Below are positions 1 to 9,906 of a stretch of 18,893 nt of DNA, piece after piece; the stretch's first letter is position 1, and each line of letters opens with the position of its first letter. Position numbers and translations under genes: made by a program. The stretch comes from Ginkgo biloba (Eukaryota; Plantae; Ginkgophyta). Under the pieces are notes generated by a model. That model saw only the letters and a list, made by a program, of their open reading frames with translations. It ran no database searches and was not told where the DNA came from. The stretch lies in assembly GCA_024626585.2 (NCBI GenBank), contig JANKJI020000002.1, positions 196,266,623 through 196,285,515 of the forward strand. Reading direction: 5' to 3'.

Positions 1-77
1 ATTGATTGTATCTTTATATGAAAAGTTTATTCCATATGCTAACCCAAATGGTAGGATTAAGGTACGGGGCTGTTACA
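1..77 (+). mobile_element. LTR retrotransposon LTR terminus (Ty3/gypsy-type ...GGGGCTGTTACA end)
   Basis: AGGATTAAGGTACGGGGCTGTTACA at 53-77 matches 4252-4276 at 24/25 nt. It ends in the TGTAAC/GTTACA terminal motif typical of plant gypsy (Del/Tekay-like) LTRs. No PBS follows, so this is probably the outer end of an insertion. Strand is assumed. Confidence 0.6.
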
Positions 78-1228
78 CTTTACATACCAAACTGTATATA
101 AGTCATTGGCTTACATTGTATTGATCCTATCATATCAATTCAATAATCTTATTTGGTTCAAGTACCAATTTAAGCAATTCAAGCATTCAATTCAGGAGCT
201 AAATAGTCAGGGTTGCCCCACATTACTGAACCTGGAAAATCTATGGAAGTGCCTTTTTTGGCTGAAATGCTTTTATTACAGAGCTGAAATGACGTATTTC
301 CAGACTTTCCTCGAGTTCTGTTTGGTGGGATATGCGTCAGTGTTCTTGCTATCTGCATTTCAATGATGTTGTTTTTCTCCTTGTTTTGGCGCAGATCATT
401 TGAGCTGTGCTGTTGAGAGGCATTTGGGTATTATTGTTGCTTGGAACTGAGTGATGAGCTAACAAACTGACAGCTTGGAAGGTGCTTTTAACTCTGTGCT
501 TATGCTGTAATTAGGGCCTGGACAATTCTAGTTGTTTTATTATGGCCACTAAAATCTCATACTGGGATGACGCTATGACTCTGCACAAACTCCTCTTGGT
601 ATAGCTGCTACATGTTGCTCTTCTCCGTGTAGTTCCAATGGTCTTATAACAGTATAAGTGGTTTGGTGGTATTAGAAGCTTTGTCTTCATACTTCCCCTT
701 TGGGGTTTGATCCTATGTCTTTTGGCCCAGTATGAACTGATCCATTATTTTGGATAATTTGTTGTATAGGACCCTGCATGGTCCGCAAGTATTATTGTGG
801 AAGCACCTCAGCTCCTAGTCATGGAAGCTTTGGGGTGTTTTGTCATCTTCCGTGCAGCCCCTGGCTGTTCCTATGCCCTTTCGGTCTTCACAGACGCTGG
901 GATGTGTCAGCCACCCATCCTAGTTCATTTAGGCATTCTGAGCTGGGGTCTTTGATATAAGCATCTTCAGGGTTTTTATTGTAATCTGTATGTAATTTTT
1001 CAATCAAACACTTAACAGAACCATCCTTACAATATGAAAAAAGTTTATAAAAGATGGAATCTGTAGAATGCTCTTAGATATGTTGAAATCTTAATTTTCA
1101 TTTCCTCTTGTGTCCACCATTGTTATTTNNNNNNNNNNNNNNNNNNNNNNNNNNNNNNNNNNNNNNNNNNNNNNNNNNNNNNNNNNNNNNNNNNNNNNNN
1201 NNNNNNNNNNNNNNNNNNNNNNNNNNNN

Positions 1229-1755
1229 CTTTGATCTGGAAATGTTACAAACTCCCCTATGTAGTTCCCTATCAGCTCAAAAGCGTGATAATTCCACAAG
1301 TGTAACGGCAAGAAGGGGAGTCTTACCTAGATTGGGATTTTCATCGGGATTTTGCTCAATGGATCAAATTCTGAGTACTAGAGATAGAGGCTCAAACCCT
1401 TACCTCCCATGAACCATGGCCCTCTCTCTAAGATTTTGAGTTTCTCCTCCACATAACTAAAAGTTATTACAAAATAGCCTTTTCCCTCCAGAAAAAAATC
1501 CAGATGGATCTGAACCACTTTCCCCCACGTGGAATGTATCCATGATTCAATATTTGAAGGCGAAGGCTAAAGGCCATTAAACCTTCCGATCAGCTCGAAC
1601 TCTTTGAGCCTCTCCTTCTCTAGCAAGAAAAATCTCTCATAAACCCTAATCTGCGCTCTTCCTTCTCTTTGCTTGATAACGGAGGAATTCAAATTTGCTC
1701 TCAGAAGATTCAAGAACGGATTCCTCTGAAACCTCTCGTTTGCCATTGGATTCAC
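1229..1755 (-). mobile_element. L1-type LINE ORF1 (DUF4283-type) pseudogene
   Basis: ORFs 1567-1755 and 1123-1311 are one minus frame read through three TAG stops: ...LIGRFNGL*PSPSNIESWIHSTWGKVVQIHLDFFLEGKGYFVITFSYVEEKLKILERGPWFMGGKGLSLYL*YSEFDPLSKIPMKIPI*VRLPFLPLHLWNYHAFELIGNYIGEFV. It has the plant L1 ORF1 motifs lIGrF, GyF.i.F, GPW, (W)...FDP, pi(W)VRLP.LP and IG..iG. It is cut by the gap at 1129-1228. Confidence 0.9.
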
Positions 1756-1875
1756 CGCTCTGCTGTATGATTTTCGAAGATTCGTTCCCTAGACCCCCCC
1801 ATTTGGTGGGTCTTCCTTCTTAGAGCTTCCCCCTTGCTCCATCTCCCGATCTCAACCCTCTTCGATAAACCACCT

Positions 1876-2290
1876 ATGATTTTATTCATTATTTTGAAAC
1901 TTTTGAAGTTGCGCCTAGAATTGAATTATTGATGTCTAGATTCACGTAAAAGAGCAAACTTAAATTTGGTGAATCAATATTACTGCGCAACTACAAAAAG
2001 ACCTTAGAGAACCTATCCAATCTTGGGAACAACTAATAGCTATTATGAAAACTAGATACACCCTTAGAAAATGATAGGAGGAGTGACTTAGTCAATCAAT
2101 ACATTGCAAATAGTTTGGATCAATATTAGCTTATAAGAATTGAAGCTTATTTTGCTAGGGTCCTTGAACTTACAATAGAATAGCATGTACATTATCTTTT
2201 GCAAGCTCTAAAGCCTCAAATTAGGAGTGTAGTTAACCTAACATGCCCAACGACTGCAGAATATGTATTGAGCAATGCATTTACCAGCAA
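1876..2290 (+). mobile_element. Degenerate Ty3/gypsy gag (capsid) remnant
   Basis: Manual translation with frameshifts and stops: HYFETFEVAPRIELLMSRFT / IW*INITAQLQKDLREPIQSWEQLIAIMKTRY / RIEAYFARVLELTIE*HVHYLLQALKPQIRSVVNLTCPTTAEYVLSNA. This follows the Retrotrans_gag pattern (A..WW...I.tWe.l...m..rf; F..gL.p.Ir..v....p.t). Confidence 0.55.
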
Positions 2291-2813
2291 ATTTTAGATC
2301 GCAATCCATCACTTCACGCTTTTCAATTCAACATTATAGTGGTTTCCATTTTGTTGGTCAATAGCATATGTAGATAAGTTGTAGACATGGAAAAGGATTC
2401 CAATGGTTCATTGTCAATTTGGGGGAGCTACTCCACCATCACTTCCAATATTTGGAAATAAATAATTGAATTCCCATGAAAAGGCTTCCAAATTTCAGAA
2501 ACAAATAAAATTCATGAAAATCTTTGGCCTTGTGTATTTCCAAAATCAATAACAAGCGAAAACTTAAAATGGGTAGAGTGGTACAGTAGGAGGGCATTCA
2601 CCAGAACTTTCTAAAAACAATTCTTGTCAACCCATTTCAAGGAAAATGCATCAAATGTTGTCTTGAATGCAATATTGAACCGAGGAACCTAAGCTTGAGG
2701 TGGATTGTTTTAATTTGATTTCATATTCATCTTCAGAAATGGTGTAACCTCAACCAATTGCTCCATATGGTCATGATTCATAAACATGACAATATTCAAA
2801 TTTTGATTTACAG

Positions 2814-2863
2814 CCGCAATGGATGGCTCCTGAAGTTCTTCGAAATGAACCATCCAATGAAAA
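2814..2863 (+). CDS. Internal 50-bp exon of a Raf-like B3 MAPKKK (EDR1/CTR1-like), kinase subdomain VIII
   Basis: ttttgatttacag|CCGCAATGG...AATGAAAA|gtaagt translates to PQWMAPEVLRNEPSNE(K), with the APE motif and canonical AG/GT sites. It starts in phase 0 and ends in phase 2. Confidence 0.95.
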
Positions 2864-3021
2864 GTAAGTGTATTGAGTCTCAAATCTTAGACTCTAGGAG
2901 CACCTTGCTCAGAAGTAAAATTACATATATCAACTTTTTTGAATTTCATCGTCATCATGAGTTCAATGCATATAGCATACTGGTCATTAGTAGGCTGAAG
3001 TGCTTCTATTTTTACTTGCAG
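2864..3021 (+). other. 158-bp GT-AG intron of the kinase gene
   Basis: Begins gtaagt and ends ttctatttttacttgcag. Removing it joins AA|G (Lys) and restores ...PSNEKCDVYSFG in frame. Confidence 0.93.
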
Positions 3022-3198
3022 GTGTGATGTTTACAGCTTTGGTGTAATCTTATGGGAGCTTGCTACGTTGCAACAGCCATGGGATGGAATGAATCCTATG
3101 CAAGTGGTTGGAGCCGTTGGCTTTCAGCATCGGTGCCTTGACATTCCGGACAATATGGATCCAGGAGTTGCAAACATTATAAAACAGTGTTGGGAAAA
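3022..3198 (+). CDS. Internal 177-bp exon of the same Raf-like B3 MAPKKK, subdomains IX to start of XI
   Basis: Translates to (K)[58 protein letters not shown](AA|gtaagc), with no stops and phase 2 at both ends. [13 protein letters not shown] and [13 protein letters not shown] are characteristic of EDR1/SIS8-type B3 Raf kinases. The exact orthologue cannot be assigned. Confidence 0.96.
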
Positions 3199-4246
3199 GT
3201 AAGCACTGGCTTTATTGGCATTTTATAACTAGCTATATATTTCCATTAAGAAGTCAGGGTGTAGGAAGCAAGCATATTACCTGTTTTAGGCACTTATGCT
3301 TGTGGAAGATGGGAGGAAATGATTATTGATTAAATTCCTTCCCTTAGATAGAACATACATAATAGAGACTCATAAAAAATATTTAGATCAGCCACATTAT
3401 GAAATGCACAAAGATGATGTAGTTTTGTGTGCACCTTCTGCGGTGAAGACAGTGTCAGCTATCCAGTTCTGCTGTTATCAGTCACCAGGATTATATCATT
3501 TTCACATATTGATTTTACTCATAATGTTATGGAAAGAGCAAAGCTGATTGCCTAGATGAGACTGAATATAAAAATAGCATGTTCAGTAACCATTCAAGTA
3601 ATGTAGAGTAAAGATTCTGAAGTATGGCTCTTTGTTCTCCATTCTGATGTTAATTCTGTTGAAAATACCACTTTTGAATCAGATATTGGAACTTTATTTT
3701 TTTGTTATAAAATCAGTTTTCATATATATTCATAGCCTCTTGATGTATTGCTCCCGATGATGGACTCCCCCTTGAAATTTTTTCTTTCCTAGTGAATCTA
3801 AATCAACATTGTGCATCATGCAAGCATTGCCTTCCATTGATAAACACCAAAGATATCAAGATCTAGAGCCTACACTCTGGTGTAAAGATGTCTGACAATA
3901 ACGGGCGTAAAAATGACTTGCAACAAAATTATAATCCTCAAGTACTTTAATTCCTGTACAAATGTTCCATAAAACAACTCAGCAAGAGTATTTCATAGAT
4001 CACAACAACCAAAGTTGATGAAATCCAGGGTAATAGTTTGTTGCAGTCCTCTTGCGTTAAGCAAGCTGTTGTCAAATTGTGGGTCCTAGGGTTGGAACCC
4101 ACATTAGCAACAGGTGTTGTAGTCAACAACTAGAACTCATCATGCANNNNNNNNNNNNNNNNNNNNNNNNNNNNNNNNNNNNNNNNNNNNNNNNNNNNNN
4201 NNNNNNNNNNNNNNNNNNNNNNNNNNNNNNNNNNNNNNNNNNNNNN

Positions 4247-4276
4247 TCTGCAGGTTTAAGGTACGGGGCTGTTACA
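4247..4276 (+). mobile_element. LTR terminus, same family as 1-77
   Basis: AGGTTTAAGGTACGGGGCTGTTACA (4252-4276) lies just after an N gap and is 24/25 identical to 53-77. Confidence 0.6.
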
Positions 4277-4892
4277 CAAAATAGTTGTACCCTTCAATTG
4301 GGGAATGAGTTGGCATTTATAGAGCCTTTTAAATTAAGTGGCTTACACATGACCGTAAATTGTATCTTCTTGTCTAATTTGTATTTCCTTGGTGTAGGTA
4401 TTATTATGCTCTTTGAAAAGAGAGGTTGCGGTCTCAAGTGAATGACTTATAAGAAAGTTACACCCTTTTGAAGTTCGAGTTGCTCTCAAATTGTGCTAAG
4501 TGTGCTGCAATAACATAACCAAAATGACATTGGACAGTATGATGCCCAACCAACTGGCAAGAAAGGATTGTTCCTAGGAAGCATCAGTAGGGCCTTAGGG
4601 AGGTTATCAAATGCTTATATAAGCATATGCAAGTGCCACTATAATATATCATTGTTGTTTGGTTGTGCATGTGTCTTCTTCAACACTTATAGAGGACTTC
4701 ACACAGACCTAGTTGCTCCAAGGGGATCACCTTATTGATTGTGTTTGGAAAAGTCTAAGATAATGTCATCTAATTCCAAGGAGAAGTTCTTTGTGCTTTG
4801 AAGGGTGTTTCAAATGTAAGGACCACTTTGCTATGATCCATTCTAAACCCTAACTCTAAAATAACCAATTGCATTTTCTTCCATTTTCTAGT

Positions 4893-5367
4893 TGTAACAG
4901 TCCTGCCTTGGCCCTAAATGCTAATCTATATTAATTTACTTTAAACATGTATTTGAACATAAAATAACATAAATGTAACACAATGGACCAATATGCAATA
5001 CTTACAAAGATTTACAAGATATACAATGAAGGTGGAAATAGAATTTTACAATGAAGGCAAAGAACTTAGCAAGCAAATAAATGAGAATGCTCTAATTTTA
5101 TTCTTGATAGAAAAGGAAGTAGAAAGTGCTTGCCAGTGTGAGGGCACTATTTGATTTGGGAAGGGTCCCGTATCATCGTTTTAAGTGAACTCATTTGCTA
5201 GCTTGCCAACCCCATATAGATGAAACTACCTCGTGTGAGTTCCTCATCCAATTCACAAGTGATAACACGACCCGGTGTGAAGTACTAAAGGATACTCTTT
5301 GAGCACCTTAGATTTCTTAGACCCCATAAGCAATTAGCCAAAACTATTATTCAAACTCCATGAGCAA
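4893..5367 (-). mobile_element. Probable partial LTR in opposite orientation, related to the two termini above
   Basis: Starts TGTAACAGTCCTGCCTTGGCCCT, whose reverse complement AGGGCCAAGGCAGGACTGTTACA resembles AGG.TTAAGGTACGGGGCTGTTACA. It is non-coding, T-rich on the minus strand, and runs into the gap at 5368. The inner extent is inferred. Confidence 0.45.
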
Positions 5368-6672
5368 NNNNNNNNNNNNNNNNNNNNNNNNNNNNNNNNN
5401 NNNNNNNNNNNNNNNNNNNNNNNNNNNNNNNNNNNNNNNNNNNNNNNNNNNNNNNNNNNNNNNNNNNGTTGCAATGCTTATCCTTCCACTTAGTCTTCAT
5501 CGATCTTCTATTAGGGTCATTATAGAATCCTGGAGGGGTTCAATGTGCAAGCCCATTTGGGCTGAATTTGTTCCAAATAACTGTAAGGCCTTCCTACTTC
5601 TCATGAAGCTACACGCAGGTCCATGAGGTTGAAAGAAAGTATTTTGAGACTAGGGTTTAAAATATTATCGCAAAATCATTCATGTTTTGTTTATGTTTAT
5701 ATTAAAAAGAATTTAATCTTAGAGAAAGAACGTTGCCTTTCTCCTTTTTTATTTTTGTTTGCCTTTGAGACCAAATAGCTCAAAATGGTTTGTTATCAAA
5801 ACCATAAATGAAGTGATGTTTGTGGCATGGGAGCAAGAGGTTTTACCTAATAACAAATGATCTCGAGCTTGATTCTTCTAAGCTATCCTTTTAGTCCATT
5901 TTAATGGTCTACTCGTCTTTTTGTCTTAAAGGTTAAAATTAAGACTCTTAAAGATCAAATTTAAACCAAGATCTAGTTAGAGCCATGATGTGAAGCCACC
6001 CAATTTGAAAACAAGAGTTTATGAGTTCAAGCCTTACAAGTTGATTTTTAGTTTAATTTAGTAATTTGTACTTTATTGTTGACAACTTAAGCATTAAAAG
6101 ATTCAAAAAACTATTTTAAAGAAAAAGTTGGGTCAACACCATAGCAATGGAGCATTTGATTGGGAAGTCTAAGATCACAAGTTCAATTTGCATAAGTTTC
6201 ACTTTTAACTTGTTTTCAATAATTTGCATCTTTTGCCTTTAGAGGATCTAAATTTCAATAAGAAGAGGGAAAAAGAATGATGGACTAAGTTAAAGTTGAA
6301 ATGCCTTAAAGTCATCATAAGTTAGAAATAGAAATTAGGTCTCAAGTTATATTTTCACAAGTCACTTATGGGTAGGCACTTCAATTGTTTGTGAATCGAT
6401 GTCATTTGAAGCCTAAATGCAGAGGGGGAAGGGAGGGAGGATGGAGTTGGGGGAATGCTCTATAGTTAATAAAAAGAAAAAAAGAGTTAGAAGCTTGACA
6501 ATAAGTCGTTCAATTCAAATTAATGGTTTGCTCAATTTTTGGTTAACCACTTGGATGTATCTTTTTCACTGTNNNNNNNNNNNNNNNNNNNNNNNNNNNN
6601 NNNNNNNNNNNNNNNNNNNNNNNNNNNNNNNNNNNNNNNNNNNNNNNNNNNNNNNNNNNNNNNNNNNNNNNN

Positions 6673-6861
6673 TAATGGCACTTGGATTGGCAGAAATTCT
6701 GATTTTGATGACAAGGAAGAAATAGAACCATAAATCATACAGAAAGCTCTTGATGAATACACCTTTCACTCTAATGAAATGGAAGGTGCCATCTACCTCA
6801 ACCATTGTAAAGAAAAATGGGAAAATGATAAATTGTAATGGCACTTGGATTGGCGGAAATT
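6673..6861 (+). repeat. 26-bp direct repeat, 163 bp apart
   Basis: TAATGGCACTTGGATTGGC(A/G)GAAATT at 6673-6698 and 6836-6861, 25/26 identical. The first copy abuts the N gap. Confidence 0.9.
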
Positions 6862-7190
6862 TTTCCTCTCAACCCTACAAGATTATCCCCTCACGTGGTT
6901 TATCCTACATCATAAGAAATGGGCACTTGGGAACAACTAAGGGACGCTTTTTCAGTACGGTTTGCACATGATCACACCATACAAGTATTCTGCATCAATA
7001 ATTGCCCCAAGGAGCACTTGAAGCGATGTAAGAAGGCATGGAGGAATAAGAGTCTACCAAAGAAGTTATGGTTCTATGCATTACATTTGACCCTACATGG
7101 CCTAGCATTATAGTAGTATCAAGAATATGAAAATAGGAGGAATTATTCATGTAATCATTGCTAGGAAGTGTTCATAAGAACCTTCACCAC
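6699..7190 (+). mobile_element. Ty3/gypsy gag-like region with two tandem modules (degenerate)
   Basis: Module 1: YLNHCKEKWENDKL*WHLDWRKFFLSTLQDYPLTWFILHHK/(fs)MGTWEQLRDAFSVRF. Module 2: CPKEHLKRCKKAWRNKSLPKKLWFYALHLTLHGLAL**YQEYENRRNYSCNHC*EVFIRTF. The F.sTL...p.tWf...tWeqL...F..rF pattern is the Retrotrans_gag core. Confidence 0.65.
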
Positions 7191-7425
7191 CAAGAAAAAA
7201 ATTTCATTGCTAAAGAATTTTCTGAACAAGGTCACAAAAATAAGTTTTCACAAAATGAGGAATTACTTCCAAGTGAAAACATCCAAATAAGATGAAGTAA
7301 TGGAGGATCCCAATTTCTAAGAAGAGATACAAATATTGTTCCCTCTTGAATACTTCAAAGTCAACTATGGTGATAAAAAAGTCTATAAAACCCCATGACA
7401 TCTACTGAGTAACGATCGAAAAGAA

Positions 7426-8074
7426 GTGATTAACGAAGATTTAAAAACCAAAGAGGTGAACATCGGGACAATAGAAAACCCCAAGAAAATTATCTTAAGA
7501 GACTATTGGGATGAAACAATATGCAAAGCTACCGCCCTGTTTTCTGAGTATCAAGATGTGTCTGCATGGATGTACAAAGATTTAAAAGGAATCCCACCTG
7601 AAATAGGACAACATAAGATCGAGCTTGTTGAGGGTGCTAAACTAGTATGACGAAGACTGTATTGTTTGAATCCGAAGGTAAAAGAGCAAGTAAAAGCTGA
7701 GCTGGACAAGATGCTGGAGGTAGGATATATCTACCCAGTCGAAAATAGAGAATGGGTCAACCCTGTAGTTATTGCACAGAAAAAGAATGGAAAGATTTGT
7801 ATATGTGTGGATTATCGAGACTTAAACAAAGTTACAAGGAAAGATCCATTACTTTCCTTTCACAGAAGATGTGTTAGATAAGGTAGTAGGCCACGGGATG
7901 TATTCCTTCACTGATGGATTTAGCGGTTATAACCAAGTTAGGATAGCTCCAGAAGACCAACTTAAGACAACCTTCGTTAACGAATGGGGAACATATGCAT
8001 ATCGTGTAATTCCTTTTGGCCTCACCAACACCCCTACGACATTACAATGTATTATACTAAACATATTGTTTTGA
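7426..8074 (+). mobile_element. Ty3/gypsy reverse transcriptase, N-terminal part, pseudogene (non-chromovirus type)
   Basis: TKEVNIGTIENPKK..DYWD..EYQDVSAWMYKDLKGIPPEIGQHKIEL..*RRLYCLNPKVKEQVKAELDKMLEVGYIYPV..EWVNPVVIAQKKNGKICICVDYRDLNK..KDP/(fs ~7850)FPFTEDVLDKVVGHGMYSFTDGFSGYNQVRIAPEDQLKTTFVNEWGTYAYRVIPFGLTNTP. It breaks off before the YxDD motif. Confidence 0.95.
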
Positions 8075-8499
8075 GCCAACCATTTGCAAATGGCTTCATG
8101 GTGCATTGCGAACAGACAAACGATAATTGATTTTGGCTACGAACGACAATGGAGCGCGAAGCAAACGGTAATTGCTATTGCAACCAAAACTGTTGCTGTA
8201 ATTGTTTGCATATTGCGACTAGTGTCCCATTATGACCGAAGTGTCATATTGTTACAACTGAGTAGTAACAAGGTGCCAAATCTCTAGCATACACTTAGCT
8301 TACTTGTATTTTGTAGAACTAGCATAAAATTTACAAAGCTATAGGTGCAAAGGAAGCTGAAGATAAAAATAGTTTGGTGTCAATGAACCTTTCTTCATGT
8401 TTATTAGTAAACATATGTTTCGTCACTAAATTTAAGAGACTTATGAGAATTTTCAAAAGTTGAAGAAATTATGTTCAGTTAGTGATGAATATGTCTAAA

Positions 8500-9560
8500 C
8501 AGTTAAATTGAAAAGTCTTTTTTTGACCCATCATGGGAAGCTTAGTTACATTGATAAAATTTTCACTTTCTAAGTTTATTAGTTCCTTATAGATCTTATC
8601 TATATTTGTTTCATCAATACCTTGTCAATTATGTCAAAATATAGGCAACTCCTTGTTGAAGTATAATCACTCTTCTTAGCATCTTGAATACCAATTGGTG
8701 ATTGGTTTATTGTCCAAATTGTTAGCTAACCCAAACAAGTTGTCAATGGTTTCCATTCATTTTTCACATTAAAATGTCCCATAGTCATTTTTTATAAGTA
8801 CAAACCTATAAATTTTCACTTAGAGAAATGTTCTCCAATGACCTTCCATTAGGATCATCCACTAAGAATTTTTTATGAGTCTGTCAATAAGAACACTAAC
8901 AAAACTTTGATTAGATGAACTAATTCATTTTCACTATATAGCCAATCAATTCCTTTTAGCTTCTATTTAAAATTTCTTTCAATCTGCCAAAGCTTGTAAT
9001 ATTCCCAACAGTAAAGTGTGTTGAAGAATAATTCTCTCTAAATTGATAATCCTAGCCAACTAATACATTCACCAAATTGACCTTCGGAAGCCATTACAAT
9101 GTTAAAATTCCTCATTTTGGAATAAATGCCAAACATTTTTCCTTGGCATACTTACCAAACCATAGTACCAAGCTACAAATGANNNNNNNNNNNNNNNNNN
9201 NNNNNNNNNNNNNNNNNNNNNNNNNNNNNNNNNNNNNNNNNNNNNNNNNNNNNNNNNNNNNNNNNNNACAAAAACAACCTTTGGAATGATTTTGATCTTT
9301 AAGATCTAATAAAACCTCAACAATTTCTTTTAGTCTCATCTATCAAGATTGTCCAATTCAATGTTTTGTCCACCTAATCTCATCTTATTAGTCATAAAAA
9401 AACCCAACTGAGTGAGTTCCCCTTTTTATTATTCCCCTAGAGATTTCTATTGACATACCTAACTTTAGAGAAGGTTTGGAATATTAAAGTTAGATTATTA
9501 AGCAACATTAGACAATTAATTCCCTAACTTGGATTTGAACAACTTGATTACATTAATTAG
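8500..9560 (-). mobile_element. Possible very old L1 ORF2 3' remnant
   Basis: Only scattered minus-strand motifs, in the expected order: LIFQTFSKV.. (l..F...SG), LNWTILIDETKRN (W..li.ki..kl), and VAW..VSMPRKN..GI..KMRNFNIVM (v.W..vc.pk..GGLGi....fN.al). Boundaries are approximate. Confidence 0.35.
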
Positions 9561-9906
9561 GATGCTTTGTGTTTAGGTCTTGCTTTGATGTTACACTTTC
9601 AAATACTCAAGTATTATTAAAATTGAAGTATTTTTGGATTGGTTAGGTGTAGTGAAGATAATGCTTTAGTTTTTGGTTCTAAAAGTGTATGACCGAAGGC
9701 AAGGTAGAAAGATCCCTTCTTGATCGGTTTTGTAAGAGAAGGCAGGCAATAGATGCATGAGGAGAATCAAAATAAACACACAAACATCCCCCCCTAAACT
9801 TGGGATGGTGAAACACTATCATAGAAGCTTCGAAAAAGGAAAGAGTTTGTTGGGCTCTTTGAGAGCCAAAGAAGGTTCATCCTTCACTTAGGAAGAGAAT
9901 TCTTCT

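Noticed and set aside
106-960. ORFs 106-366 and 778-960, and an acceptor-like site near 394
   Set aside because: No recognisable motifs. The candidate exon does not encode the expected DFGLS kinase segment.
570-1045. Possible LINE or SINE 3' tail ending in an A-rich stretch
   Set aside because: Only a compositional impression; no coding motif, TSD or second copy in the window.
2758-3027. 89-aa ORF in the track overlapping the kinase exons
   Set aside because: It is out of frame with the real exon and reads through the intron, so it is a chance ORF.
53-4276. A single LTR element whose two LTRs (ending 77 and 4276) captured the kinase exons
   Set aside because: There is no PBS after position 77 and no PPT next to either terminus. 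The exons keep their intron and splice sites. Independent intronic insertions are simpler.
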